Counted from the stretch's first letter, positions 1-10,900 are shown. The stretch: DNA of 64,000 nt from Alphaproteobacteria bacterium (GCA_965216605.1 CBDCGG010000002.1:519871-583870); one strand, 5' to 3'. Numbers and translations: made by a program. The notes: a model not told the origin generated them from the sequence alone.

Positions 1-2
1 TC

Positions 3-827
3 TTTGCTTGCGCGCAAGATCGCATTTTGGAAAAATCCTTTTTCGCCAAATGCTCTGTTCCCAGCGTGGCGTGGCAAGCTGTCTCCAACCTCGTTGAGCT
101 GACACGCGCGGTAGAAAAAATCTCGCTGCCCGTCCTGTTGAAACGCGCACGCGGCGGCTACGACGGCAAAGGACAAATCGAGATCGTCGAACAACGGCAA
201 CTCGCAGAGGCTTGGCAGGAAATAGCGTCGGGGAAAAACGAAGTGCGCGCCATCGTCGAGCAAAAAGCAGACCTAGCATCCGAATTTTCGCTGATCGCAG
301 CGCGCAACATCCGTGGCGAGTGCGTCCTTTTTCCCGCAACCGAGAATCGGCACGAAGACGGCATCCTGCACGAGAGCCGCGTTCCCGCAACGCTGGATGC
401 GGCAAGGGATGCAACAACCCTGGCACGCGCGCAAGATTGGACGCGCATCCTAGCGGAGCGATTGGGCGTTGTGGGATTGCTTACGGTCGAGTTTTTCCTG
501 ACGAGCAATGGCGAAGTTTTGGCAAACGAGATGGCACCGCGACCACATAATTCGGGACACTGGACGCTGGACGCAGCCCCCGTAAGCCAGTTCGAGCAGC
601 TACTACGCGCCATTTTGGACTGGCCCTTGGCAAGCACAGAGCCTTTCTTGCCCGCGCGCATGGTGAATCTGCTGGGCGATTCGTGGCGCGACTACCACCG
701 CTTTCTTGCCGATCCTGACGCTGCGCTGCATCTCTATGCCAAACGCGAGACGCGCAAGGGGCGAAAGATGGGGCATGTGACCTTTCGCTCGCTTGCGCAC
801 AAAAACTCAAACGCGGGAGAGACCTAA
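3..827 (+). CDS. purK: N5-carboxyaminoimidazole ribonucleotide synthase PurK, C-terminal part (gene starts upstream of window)
   Basis: The reading frame is open from the window edge. It has the ATP-grasp motif 'LLKRARGGYDGKGQ' and the 'EMAPRPHNSGHWT' motif typical of PurK/PurT. Confidence 0.8.
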   Translation, partial: FACAQDRILEKSFFAKCSVPSVAWQAVSNLVELTRAVEKISLPVLLKRARGGYDGKGQIEIVEQRQLAEAWQEIASGKNEVRAIVEQKADLASEFSLIAARNIRGECVLFPATENRHEDGILHESRVPATLDAARDATTLARAQDWTRILAERLGVVGLLTVEFFLTSNGEVLANEMAPRPHNSGHWTLDAAPVSQFEQLLRAILDWPLASTEPFLPARMVNLLGDSWRDYHRFLADPDAALHLYAKRETRKGRKMGHVTFRSLAHKNSNAGET

Positions 828-850
828 GCGAGGCACAATGAGAATCGTCC

Positions 851-1681
851 ATGAGAATAGCTAAGCGCATCGCCGATAGCGGCATCGCCTCAAGACGCGA
901 GGCGGAGGCGATGATTTTAAGCGGGCGCGTTACCGTCGATGGCAAGCCGCTCGCCTCGCCTGCGTACAATGTTGAGGAGGGGGCTATGATCACGCTGGAT
1001 GGAGATCCTCTGCCGTGTTCCAAGCCGCTCCAACTCTACCTATTCTACAAGCCGCGCGAGGTTTTGACGGCACGCATCGACGATCGAGGGCGAAGCATCC
1101 ATCCGACCTACTCGGACGCTTATCCGCAAACTCACTCCTACACCCACACGCGCACCTGCTTACCCGATTTGCTGCCTCCTGCGCTCGCGCGTTTAAAGCC
1201 TGTAGGAAGGCTCGACTTTTTGTCCGAGGGGCTGCTGCTGCTCACGACATCGGGCAGGCTTGCGCGACATTTTGAGCTGCCGCAGAACGCATGGCAACGA
1301 CGCTATCGCCTACGCTTGCACGGAATTCAAGATGAACAGACGAGTGAGAAGATGGGCGAGCAGTCACTTTTGCGATTCGAAAACCTCAAACGCGGCATCG
1401 AGATCGAGGGCGTGCATTACCGCGCTGTCTCGGTCGTCGTGCAAAAATCTCAACAGAAACGCGCCACTGAACGAGCGAACTTTTGGGTAGAGGCGACCTT
1501 GAGCGAGGGCAAAAACCGCGAGCTCAGAAAAATCATGCGGGAGCTCGGCTACAATGTTTCGCGCCTGATCAGAACGCACTACGGACCCTTCGCCCTGGAG
1601 GGATTGGCGCAAGGCGCGCACAAGCGTGTTGAGGAAAAAGAGTTGCGCACGCTGTTGGGGGAAAAGTGGCAGACTTTTTAG
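851..1681 (+). CDS. rRNA pseudouridine synthase (RsuA/RluB family; S4 domain plus catalytic domain)
   Basis: It has an N-terminal S4-like segment ('ASRREAEAMILSGRVTVDG') and the catalytic motif 'VGRLDFLSEGLLLLTT'. Confidence 0.8.
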   Translation: MRIAKRIADSGIASRREAEAMILSGRVTVDGKPLASPAYNVEEGAMITLDGDPLPCSKPLQLYLFYKPREVLTARIDDRGRSIHPTYSDAYPQTHSYTHTRTCLPDLLPPALARLKPVGRLDFLSEGLLLLTTSGRLARHFELPQNAWQRRYRLRLHGIQDEQTSEKMGEQSLLRFENLKRGIEIEGVHYRAVSVVVQKSQQKRATERANFWVEATLSEGKNRELRKIMRELGYNVSRLIRTHYGPFALEGLAQGAHKRVEEKELRTLLGEKWQTF

Positions 1682-1692
1682 AGCTGCTACAC

Positions 1693-2418
1693 ATGCGACA
1701 CAAACAACTAGCCTCCGCATCTCGAACGATCCACAAAGCCCCGCGCTTGTTGGGCGGCGAGCGACGCGGCTTCGCGTTGCAAACAAGCGCAAAAGAAGGA
1801 AAAGGAGAGGGCAAAGGGGAAGGGAAAGCAATGCGTCCGACGGCGGTGCGGGCGCGCAAGGCATTGTTTGACGCGCTGACGCATCGCGCTTCTTTGCGTG
1901 TGAATTTCACGGCAGAAGAAAATTCTTGCGGAGAAAATTCTTTTTGGCTGTTGGATGCTTTTGCCGGGAGCGGTGCTTTGGGCTTGGAGGCACTCAGCCG
2001 ATGGCAAAGATCTAACAAAGGGGATAACGAAGGATGCGGTATTTTTTTCGAGGGCGACGCTGCCACGGCGCGAGTGTTGCGCGACAATATCGAGCGTAGC
2101 GGTTTGGGGGGGCGTGTTGTTTGTCGTGATGCAAGTGCGCCTGGCGAAGCAAGAGAACAGGGAGCGATTCGACTGGCTTTCTTTGATCCTCCTTACGCGA
2201 TGTCTGATGAGGAGGTTGCGCGCGCTCCTGCGGCATTTGCGAAAGGGGGATGGTTTGGCGAGGGTGCGCTCGTTGTTTTTCAGCGTGCGGCGGGGGGGGA
2301 GTCTTCGTTGTCGTTAGGGGAGGAGTTTGTTTTGCAGGGCGATTTGCTGTCTTCTTCTGCGCGCTTTTTCTTCTTTCGCTACAGGGGGCGAGGGGGCAGA
2401 GTAAGTGACAGGCTTTGA
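1693..2418 (+). CDS. rsmD: 16S rRNA (guanine966-N2)-methyltransferase RsmD, with a low-complexity KEGKGEGKGEGK insertion
   Basis: Motifs 'RPTxxRxRxALF', 'LDAFAGSGALGLEALSRW' and 'FFDPPY' are present. The start is uncertain; the ORF track begins at 1666, and 1693 (in-frame Met) is chosen here. Confidence 0.7.
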   Translation: MRHKQLASASRTIHKAPRLLGGERRGFALQTSAKEGKGEGKGEGKAMRPTAVRARKALFDALTHRASLRVNFTAEENSCGENSFWLLDAFAGSGALGLEALSRWQRSNKGDNEGCGIFFEGDAATARVLRDNIERSGLGGRVVCRDASAPGEAREQGAIRLAFFDPPYAMSDEEVARAPAAFAKGGWFGEGALVVFQRAAGGESSLSLGEEFVLQGDLLSSSARFFFFRYRGRGGRVSDRL

Positions 2419-2457
2419 GTGACAAAAAGGCAGATTGCAAGGTTGCGAGTCAGCTTG

Positions 2458-2600
2458 CGCACGACAAGTCGTGCGCTTTTGAATAAGAGGCTACGCGCGT
2501 AACCCTTCGGGTTGCGCGCGTAGAAAGCGCTTACGCGCTCGCTGACGCGGGGTCTTTTGTGGGGGGGCAAAGCCCCCCCACACCCCCACGCGCGCAAGCG
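2458..2600. repeat. Copy A of a ~140-bp dispersed intergenic repeat family (reverse orientation relative to copies B and C)
   Basis: The reverse complement aligns with 11835-11985 and 50640-50775. The shared core is AAAGACCCCGCGTCAGCG..GCGCGTAAGCGCGC..TAGCCTCTTATTCAAAAGCGCACGACTTGTCGT, plus a G7-loop-C7 hairpin. It lies between the convergent rsmD and purN. Confidence 0.8.
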
Positions 2601-2681
2601 CGCGTTCGTTTGCTCGTCAAAGCGCGAGTCCAGTTTTTTGGGTCTACACCGCTACCTGTTAAAATTAAGAAACAAAACCCG

Positions 2682-3266
2682 TCACGCGTTCGCACGCCCG
2701 CGCACATACTCCGCAAGCACACGCGGATAAAGCCGATGCTCCAACATAAGCACACGCGCCGCCAAACTCTCAGGCGAATCGCTTTCGTTAATATCCAACC
2801 GCTCCTGTCCCAAAACCTCCCCCCCGTCCAACTCCTCCGTCACAACATGGACGCTACACCCATGCTGGCGATGCCCCCCCTCAAGCGCACGGCGATGCGT
2901 CGCAAGCCCGCGCAACCTCGGCAATAACGAAGGATGAATGTTGAGAACACGATCACGCCAACGCGCCACAAACCATTTTGAGAGTAATCGCATAAACCCC
3001 GCCAAGCAGACGATCTCCACATCACGCTCCCCCAACATACGATCGATCACTTGCTCAGCTTGCTCTTTTCCCAGCGCGTCGTAGTCGACAACCTCGCTAG
3101 GAATACCTGCCTTTTTGGCGATCAGACAACCCTCTGCCGCGCGATCGGCAAGAACCAACACGATAGAGCAAGGAAACTTCGGCTTTTGAGCCGCCCGTAT
3201 CAAAGCCTCAAGGTTCGATCCTCGCCCCGAAATCAACACGGCGACACGACACTTCAAGGCAGACAA
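2682..3266 (-). CDS. purN: Phosphoribosylglycinamide formyltransferase PurN
   Basis: Motifs 'VAVLISGRGSNLEAL' and 'VCLAGFMRLL...VLNIHPSLLP' match PurN. It sits directly downstream of purM. Confidence 0.85.
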   Translation of the reverse strand: MSALKCRVAVLISGRGSNLEALIRAAQKPKFPCSIVLVLADRAAEGCLIAKKAGIPSEVVDYDALGKEQAEQVIDRMLGERDVEIVCLAGFMRLLSKWFVARWRDRVLNIHPSLLPRLRGLATHRRALEGGHRQHGCSVHVVTEELDGGEVLGQERLDINESDSPESLAARVLMLEHRLYPRVLAEYVRGRANA

Positions 3267-3277
3267 GTCGTTAGTCG

Positions 3278-4369
3278 TTATCCGTCCTGAAACTTGACGA
3301 CAGGCTTGGCGTTGGAATCGGAGTCGTCTGCCACCTCGACAACCCCAACCTCGACGACCTTCTCTCCTGCCGCCGTCGCCGCCGTAAGAAAATCCTCGCG
3401 CTTGGCAGGAGGAACAGCGACGATAAGCCCTGCTCCGCAGTTGAAGACGCGACGCATCTCACCCTCAGCAATGTTGCCCGCTTGTTGCAAGCGCACAAAA
3501 ACTTCAGGACGCACCACCGCCCGCATATCGACCAGCGCACGCTGTCCGTCTTGCAAGATACGCGGCAGATTGTCCTCGATCCCCCCACCCGTGATGTGCG
3601 CGATCCCCGAAACCAACCCTTTTTCAATCCACGGCGCACAAACCTTGTTATAGATACGCGTCGGCTCTAACAAAGCTCGGAGAAAATCTTTGTCTTTTTT
3701 AAGCGCGGGGCTTGATTCCAACACGGCACGCACGAGCGAAAAGCCGTTGGCATGCACACCACTGGAGGGTACGACAAAAAGCTTGTCGCCTACCTCTACG
3801 CGCGTCTTGCAAAAGGGAGCGTCGCGCTCGAACGCTCCGAGCACAAATCCTGCGAGGTCGAAATCTCCTTTACGATAGAAGCTCGGCATCTGCGCGGTCT
3901 CGCCGCCGACGAGCGCACAACCAGCCTGCGCGCATCCCGCGGCGATGGATTCCATCACTTGTTTTTGCAAGGTTGGCGAAATAGAGGCGTAGGCGAAATA
4001 ATCAAGAAACGCCAATGGCTGCGCGCCGTCTTTGAGCAGGTCGTTTGTGCACATGGCGACCAAGTCGATGCCTAGGTCGATAGTGATGTCTTCGCAAGAT
4101 TGCGCCTCGATAGCGAGACGCAACTTCGTGCCGACCCCGTCGCACGCCATCACGATGATAGGGTCGCGAAACCCCGCTGCTTTCAGGTCGAAAGGTGCGC
4201 CAAAGCCTCCAAGGGCGGAGACAGCGTGCGCAGGAAACGACGCGCCCTCGCTTGTCTGACGAGCCAGCGGTGCGAGCGTCTCCTCGACAAAGCGATTGCC
4301 TTCCTCGACATCGACCCCCCCATCGTCGCGGTAGTTTAAGCTTGAAGAGGGCTCGTATCTGTCTTCCAT
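3278..4369 (-). CDS. purM: Phosphoribosylformylglycinamidine cyclo-ligase (AIR synthetase) PurM
   Basis: It contains 'SLNYRDDGGVDVEEGN' (compare E. coli 'LSYKDAGVDIDAGN') and 'GGETAQMP'. The start is set at the internal Met corresponding to the conserved N-terminus; the ORF extends to 4435. Confidence 0.85.
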   Translation of the reverse strand: MEDRYEPSSSLNYRDDGGVDVEEGNRFVEETLAPLARQTSEGASFPAHAVSALGGFGAPFDLKAAGFRDPIIVMACDGVGTKLRLAIEAQSCEDITIDLGIDLVAMCTNDLLKDGAQPLAFLDYFAYASISPTLQKQVMESIAAGCAQAGCALVGGETAQMPSFYRKGDFDLAGFVLGAFERDAPFCKTRVEVGDKLFVVPSSGVHANGFSLVRAVLESSPALKKDKDFLRALLEPTRIYNKVCAPWIEKGLVSGIAHITGGGIEDNLPRILQDGQRALVDMRAVVRPEVFVRLQQAGNIAEGEMRRVFNCGAGLIVAVPPAKREDFLTAATAAGEKVVEVGVVEVADDSDSNAKPVVKFQDG

Positions 4370-4611
4370 ATCGTCTCTCTTGATTGACTCCCTTGATTGA
4401 CTCCCTTGCATGCGATTCGTTATGACATGCAACAAGCTCGTCCTATTCTAAAACCCAAAACTTCGTTGCGAAAGCCCAGCTTTTTCTGAAAAACAGAAAA
4501 AACGAGTCTTTACGATTCATTTTTGCATTTTAGCTGCTTGAAGTTATCCCCATCTTTTTTAGAAGCCTATTGTATTATAGTAGGCTCGCCCTCTCAATGG
4601 GAGATTTCTTC

Positions 4612-5883
4612 ATGCAGACAAATTTTCTTCGTTCTCTTTTTTTCTTCCTCTCGCTGTCGCTGCTGCCCGCAAACGCGCAAGCACAGCAGAACAGGCTGGA
4701 AGAAGCGTTGCTGGTCTCCCTGCCCGTCAGCGTCGAGGCTAGCGTCGAGCAGGAAGGCAAAAAGAAAGCCGCAAGCCTCGCGCTACGCACAACCTTCGCA
4801 GAAGTGCTGCACCGATTCGTCGTCGACGAGAATCGCGCGCGTGCGCTAGCACAAAGCTTGTCGGAAAAACACATCCGCGCGCTCAGCGAAACGCTGATCG
4901 TGGAAACTACAAGCTTCGACGGCAAGCTTTTCACAGGGCAAGCCAGCGTCCGTTTCATCTTGGAGAAACTTTTCGCGCGCCTGCATAAAGAAGGGCTGCA
5001 AGTCTCCTTTACCATAGCTCCTTCGTTCGTGCTGATTCCCGTCTTCGTGCGAGCAGAGAAAACAGAATTGTGGCCGCCGCAAAATCCATGGCTGAGCGCG
5101 TGGAAGACAGAAAGCACCGACAAGAGCTGGCTCGTTCCCATCACGCCGATCGAGGCGAACGCCGCCGAAAGGCTTGCTGTGCTTGATGCCGTCAAGGACT
5201 TGCAATCGATGCAGGCAGCCCTGCTCGCCAAGCAGTATCACGCGCAAGGAATCGCCAAGCTTGTGGCGACGCTCCACATCGATGCGGAAGATCCCTCTGC
5301 GCTCATGCTGAGCGTAAGCGGTCAGCTGAACCAAGCGGGGTTTCCTTCTGAGCTGCCTCCTTTTTCTGTCGTATCGAACAGCGCGAGCAAAAGCCAAAAC
5401 AAACAGCAGGGCGAGCAAGAGGAGAAACCGCAGGGCGAACAGCAGGGCGAGCAAGAGGAAAAACCGCAGGGCGAGCAAGAGGGCGAACAGCAGGGCGAGC
5501 AAGAGGACAAACAGGAGGACGAGAGCGTGCGCCTCCTTGCCACCCTGCTCTCGCAAGCGCGCACCGAGACGCTGTACCGTCTGAATCGTCTTTGGAAAGA
5601 GCAAACGGCGCACGAGGCAAAACGTCGCAGGTTGAGCCTCATCGCCGAGCTGCGCTCGCGCGAGGAGTGGACGGCTATCGAACGAGTGCTTTCTGCAACG
5701 CCGGAGCTCGTCGAATACGGCTTGCGTAGCCTCTCTGCGCGACAGGCGCATGTTGTCGCCTATCACTACGGCTCGCCAAGCCTATTGCGAGCAGCCTTGA
5801 CACGACGAGGGCTCATCGTCGGCAAGACGAAGGATGGCGATCTTATTGTAAACCTTGCCGCAAAGCTTTCTGTTGTGCCATGA
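4612..5883 (+). CDS. Secreted hypothetical protein with signal peptide and Q/E-rich tandem repeats (QGEQEEKPQGEQQGEQEE...)
   Basis: The signal peptide 'LSLSLLPANAQAQQ' is present and a GGGAGA RBS lies 8 nt upstream. A nucleotide-level tandem repeat spans 5395-5525. No family was recognised. Confidence 0.5.
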   Translation: MQTNFLRSLFFFLSLSLLPANAQAQQNRLEEALLVSLPVSVEASVEQEGKKKAASLALRTTFAEVLHRFVVDENRARALAQSLSEKHIRALSETLIVETTSFDGKLFTGQASVRFILEKLFARLHKEGLQVSFTIAPSFVLIPVFVRAEKTELWPPQNPWLSAWKTESTDKSWLVPITPIEANAAERLAVLDAVKDLQSMQAALLAKQYHAQGIAKLVATLHIDAEDPSALMLSVSGQLNQAGFPSELPPFSVVSNSASKSQNKQQGEQEEKPQGEQQGEQEEKPQGEQEGEQQGEQEDKQEDESVRLLATLLSQARTETLYRLNRLWKEQTAHEAKRRRLSLIAELRSREEWTAIERVLSATPELVEYGLRSLSARQAHVVAYHYGSPSLLRAALTRRGLIVGKTKDGDLIVNLAAKLSVVP

Positions 5884-7043
5884 CCGCCAAAGCTGAGCGA
5901 AGACGCTCTCCCGCAACCGAGTCTCACACACCGCGCTGGACGCGCGTCTTGTGGTGGGGCGCGTGGTGCGCAAGCCTGAGCTTGCTCTTCTTATTGCTAG
6001 GCAGCATTCTTGCGCCCTTCGTCTTCGCCTTCGTGCTGGCGTGGATGCTGAACCCCCTCTGTACGCGGATCGCAAAACATTTGGCAAGGATTGCAGTGCC
6101 TCTTCCCTTCTGTCGTGCGCTGGCAGCTTTGCTGTTAACGCTCGTGTTGCTAGGCTTGCTTGTCTTGTTGCTTTTAGCAACGCTGCCAGCCCTTCTGCGC
6201 GAGACGCTGCAGCTGGTCGCAGCCCTGCCGAGCATGACGACAACCCTGCAGGACAAAGCGCAACGACTAGCAGATACAATTCCTTGGGTAAACCAATGGC
6301 AGCAACTGCTGCTGCCCGCATGGGAGAGCGCGCGCGACCTCAATTCCAACGCTTTGCCGAATCTGTCGCCGAATCTGTCACAATGGCACGACCTTTCACA
6401 ACAAGCTTTGCGCTTGATCTCGCAAGCACTACAGACGCTGGGGCAACAGACCTCGTCGATCGTGGCGGTGTTGTCGTGGTTTGCGCTCGTGCCGTTTGCA
6501 ACCTTCTACATGCTGAAGGATTGGACGCAAGCGATGCAGGCTTGTCGCAAACGCATTCCTCGCGCCGAGCAACACTTGCTCGCGCTTTTTCGACGCATCG
6601 ACGAGACGCTTTCCGCACTGATTCGCGGGCAAGCTGCGGTGCTAGGCACGATGGCGCTCTTCTATGCAACCTTGCTCTCGATTGTGGGACTGCCTTACGG
6701 ATTTGCCATCGGCATCGCGGCGGGATTGCTGATGGTGTTGCCCTATGTCGGCACGCTGTTGGGGGCAAGCACCGCGCTTATCGTTGCCTATGCGCACGGC
6801 GGCTTCGATTTGCTTTTCTTGCTGACTGCGCTCGTCTTTGTTGTCGGACAATTACTCGAAAGCTATTTTCTCACGCCGCGCTGGGTAGGAAAGCGCGTTG
6901 GCTTGCATCCTCTGTGGGTTGTCTTCTTTGTGCTTGCGGGCGGCGAGATTGCCGGCTTTACGGGAATCCTGCTCGCTTTGCCGATGGGGGCTACGCTACG
7001 CGCTATCCTCGCGCACATCGACGCACAGGCTCGCAGCTCTTGA
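5880..7043 (+). CDS. AI-2E family transporter (PerM/YdiK-like)
   Basis: It is a polytopic membrane protein with the conserved C-terminal half 'LPYVGTLLGAS...GQLLESYFLTPRWVGKRVGLHPLWVVF..GG..AGFTG' characteristic of the AI-2E/UPF0118 family. Confidence 0.75.
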   Translation: MTAKAERRRSPATESHTPRWTRVLWWGAWCASLSLLFLLLGSILAPFVFAFVLAWMLNPLCTRIAKHLARIAVPLPFCRALAALLLTLVLLGLLVLLLLATLPALLRETLQLVAALPSMTTTLQDKAQRLADTIPWVNQWQQLLLPAWESARDLNSNALPNLSPNLSQWHDLSQQALRLISQALQTLGQQTSSIVAVLSWFALVPFATFYMLKDWTQAMQACRKRIPRAEQHLLALFRRIDETLSALIRGQAAVLGTMALFYATLLSIVGLPYGFAIGIAAGLLMVLPYVGTLLGASTALIVAYAHGGFDLLFLLTALVFVVGQLLESYFLTPRWVGKRVGLHPLWVVFFVLAGGEIAGFTGILLALPMGATLRAILAHIDAQARSS

Positions 7044-7071
7044 GTTGGATAACGCTTGATCTGCGCGACGC

Positions 7072-7848
7072 TTGATTGACGCAGATTTTGAAGGATCGGC
7101 GATGGCACAAGGTGCGCAACACAATCTTCCTCTGCCTGATACGCGCGGCGAGGGATTTGAGGAGAAACATTTCTTGCGCTTGCAAGCCAACAGCGAGGCG
7201 TTGGATGCGTTGCTAGCTTGGCAAGCTCTCAGTCAAACTCTCAGTCAACCTTGCAAACAAACTTCGAGCGTGCCGAGTGCTCCTCGTATCGAGGCTTTGT
7301 GTGGGGCTGCGAAGTGCGGCAAGTCGCACTTGGGAGAAATATGGTGTGCGCGCAATGGGGGACGTGCGGTCACGCCGTCTTTGTTGTTGCAGGGGTTAGG
7401 GGAGGTATCTGATAGGGCTTTGTGGCTTGATTTTTCTGCGGGCGAGGATCCTGCCGAGGTGGGCATGACGCAGGATTTGGAGCGTGCGTTGTACGCGCTT
7501 TACAACGAGGTGATGCATAGTGCTGGGGGTTCTTTGTTGATCACGGCGCGGAGCGAGCCTAGTCGATGGAGATTTTTGTTAGCTGATTTACGCTCGCGCA
7601 TGCGTGCGGTTGTTGTGCGGCGTATTGGGGATCCGAGCGATGAGGACAGCGCGCGATTGTTGGAGAGGATTTTCCGCACGCGGCAATTGGAGGTTGATCC
7701 GCGTGTTTATGCTTATGTGCATCGTCGAATTGAGCGGAGTTTTCGGGCGCATCATGCGATTGCGGAGGAGTTGGATACTTTGAGTTTGCTGCATAAGCGG
7801 AAGATCACGCTGCCTTTTGTGGCGCGTTATTTCGAGCGGGCGCACTAG
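7072..7848 (+). CDS. hdaA: DnaA-related regulatory inactivator HdaA-like protein
   Basis: A degenerate P-loop 'GAAKCGKSHL' and a DnaA domain III/IV-like C-terminus are present. It is about 250 aa, typical of alphaproteobacterial HdaA. Confidence 0.55.
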   Translation: MIDADFEGSAMAQGAQHNLPLPDTRGEGFEEKHFLRLQANSEALDALLAWQALSQTLSQPCKQTSSVPSAPRIEALCGAAKCGKSHLGEIWCARNGGRAVTPSLLLQGLGEVSDRALWLDFSAGEDPAEVGMTQDLERALYALYNEVMHSAGGSLLITARSEPSRWRFLLADLRSRMRAVVVRRIGDPSDEDSARLLERIFRTRQLEVDPRVYAYVHRRIERSFRAHHAIAEELDTLSLLHKRKITLPFVARYFERAH

Positions 7849-7978
7849 CGCAAGTGTTTTTTGCGGGGGATTACTCCCTCGCGCTCCCCGCGTGCTACGC
7901 GCGCGATGTTTTGCATCCGTAAAAACTACGCGCACTCGTAAAGGTTATCCACGCCCGTAAAAACTACGCGCGCCCGTT

Positions 7979-10900
7979 CTAACTACAGCCCGTCGTCTGT
8001 CCACAAGTCGTGCAAGCATAACAAGAACCACTGCGCACAAGCGTGATATGCCCACAAAAATCACAAGAATCCCCAATCCCCTCATCCATCGTCTGTGTCT
8101 GTGTCTGTGAAGACAACTCTTCTGCCTCGATCACGCTCTCGCCCGCAAGCGCAGTGTGACTCACACCGCTCCCGCCATTTCCATTCTTATTTTTATTGCC
8201 GTTGCCGTTTCCGTTACGTTTCACACTGAGCTCGCGGCGCACATAGCCGCTGCTGGTGAGTTTCGTCATGTGTTTTTTTAGGTGGTCGATAGCCGCCAAA
8301 GCCTCCTCGCTCAAACGCCCCTCGTCCTTACCCTTGCCAAGCCCCGTGAAGTCAGCCTCAGGCAACTCGATGTGTCCCAAGTCGTCGCGTCCCAAGTAGC
8401 TTATGGCAAGCTCGCGGAAGATGTAATCAAGAATAGAAGTGGCGTTGCGAATCGAAGCGTTCTCACGCACGATGCCGCTCGGCTCGAAGCGCGTGAAGGT
8501 GAAAGCATCGGCGAACTCTCTGAGCGGTACGCCGTATTGCAAGCCGATGGAAACAGCGATGGCAAAGTTGTTCATCATAGAACGAAAAGCCGCCCCCTCC
8601 TTATGCATGTCGATGAAGATTTCTCCCAACGATCCGTCCTCGTATTCACCCGTATGCAGATAAACCTTATGCCCCCCAACAACGGCTTTTTGCGTGTAGC
8701 TCTTGCGACGCGCGGGCAAACGGTCGCGCTCGCCTCGTATGCTCGGCTGTACTTGTGTCGAGGTTTTCTTCTCCTCTGCCGCAAGCGTCTGCTTGTACTG
8801 CTCGAACAGATCGCGCGCGATTTTCTCGGCGAGTTTGTGAATGTGCGCCTGCGTCTCTGCTACGGGCGATTCCTCCTTTTCGCCGCGTGAGGATGTCAGA
8901 GGCTGCGAGAGCTTCGAGCCATCGCGGTAAAGCGCGTTGGCTTTTAGTCCCAACTTCCAAGATTCCTCAAAGGCTTGTTGGCAATCTTCGATCGTGGCGT
9001 GATGCGGCATGTTGACAGTCTTCGATATAGCACCCGATATGAAAGGCTGAGCGGCTGCCATCATGCGAATATGACTTTCAAACGAAAGGCTGCGTTTTCC
9101 CTCGATCCCGCAGGAGGTTGCGCAGTCGAAAACAGCGAGGTGTTTCTCTTGCAACAAAGGCACTCCCTCGACGGTGAGCCTTCCGCAAATCTCCGCATTG
9201 GCATCCGCAATCTCTTGCGCAGAAAATCCCAACGCCGCCAGCACATCGCCATTGCGTACAACAAGACGCTGAAACGCCTTCGCGCCCAGCGTGTGCGGCG
9301 TGAAGGCGTTGCGAATGTGGAAGGCACTTTTCAAGGCACGCTCGATGGCTTGGACAGATTTGCTCGTTATTCCTTCGCGCTCCAAGCGTGCGCGCGACAA
9401 GCCCTTGTCGTTCGACGAAAGCTTGCCGCTACCCACGACGGCTTGCTCGATAGCAAGCGCGCTTTCCTCGATGTATCCCAGCGATCGCAAGGCTGCGGAG
9501 AGGGTGGGATTGACGATCTTGAGCATGCCTCCGCCGGCGAGTTTCTTCATCTTGACGAGCGCGAAATCGGGCTCGATGCCCATCGTCGCGCAATCCATGA
9601 CGATGCCGATCGTGCCTGTCGGAGCGATCACGCTAACTTGGGCGTTACGAAAGCCGTGCTGCTCGCCCTTCTCGATGACACGATCCCAAACCTCTCGCGC
9701 CGCCGCGGCGAGAGCCTTGTCGCTGCACTCTGAACTTTCAAACGCTACAGGAGGACGGCTCAACCCTTCGTAGTCGCCGTCCTTGCCTTGAGATTTGCCA
9801 TAAAAATTACCCTGAGATTTACTTTGATCTTTTCCTTGTGCGGCACGGCGATGGTTGCGCATGACGCGCAGCATAGGTTCTTTGTTTTCTGGAAAGCGTG
9901 CGAAAGCGCCGAGTTCGGCAGCCATCTCTGCGCTTGTCTCGTAGGCTGTTCCGCTCATCAGCGAGCTTATGGCGGCGCAAAAGCTTCTGCCCTCGCTGCT
10001 ATCGTAGGGGACGCCGAAACTCATGAGCGTGCCGCCCAAGTTGGCGAACCCAAGTCCCAGCGTGCGAAAGTCGTAGGAGTTGCGGGCGATGGCTTGCGAG
10101 GGAAACTGCGCCATGGCGACCGATATTTCCAAGGCGCAAGTCCACAAGCGCGTTGCGTGCGTGAAGGCTTCGGTGAGAAATCCTTCGTCGCTGCAGAATT
10201 GCAAGAGGTTGAAGGAGGCGAGGTTGCAAGCCGTATCGTCGAGAAACATGTATTCCGAGCAAGGATTCGATGCGTTGATGCGTCCCGAGTTCGGGCAGGT
10301 GTGCCATTCGTTGATGGTGGTATCAAACTGAATGCCGGGGTCGGCGCTTGCCCATGCGGCGTCGGCGATTTTTGTCCACAGCGTTCGAGCGGCGAGAGTT
10401 TTGTGCGTTTTTTCGTCAGTGCGGCGGGTGAGATGCCAGGGCTCATCGCGCTCGACGGCTTGGAGAAATCGCTCGCTGACGCGCACGCTGTTGTTGGCAT
10501 TTTGTCCCGATACGGTGAGGTAGGCGTTGCCCTGCCAGTCTGTATCGAAGGTCGAGAAGGGAATGCGTCGTTCGCCTTGCCGTGCTTTCAGCAGGGCTTT
10601 GACGAGAATCGATTCAGGGATACGCTCGCTGCGCGCTGCCTTGAGGGCGGAGGCGAGCAGGGGATTGGTAAGCTCATCGTAGCGTTGTTCTTTGGGGATG
10701 TCGTCGCTGTGCGCGGCGTCCAAGACATTGTCGAGGTGTTGTTGGCAACGTTGTGCGCCGACGACCAACGATGCGACTTTTTGTTCTTCAAGCACTTTCC
10801 AATCGATGAACTCTTCTACATCGGGGTGATCGATATCGACGACGACCATTTTGGCGGCTCGGCGGGTTGTGCCGCCCGACTTGATGGCACCGGCGGCACG

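Noticed and set aside
5951-7075. A 374-aa ORF overlapping the AI-2E transporter gene in another frame
   Set aside because: It has Arg/Ala-rich low-complexity translation with no motifs. It is same-strand alternative-frame noise in a GC-rich gene.
7849-7978. Repeat CCGTAAAAACTACGCGC x2 downstream of hdaA and nrdJ as another dispersed family member
   Set aside because: It is a local direct repeat only. It does not share the conserved core of the ~140-bp family, so it may just be part of convergent terminator structure.
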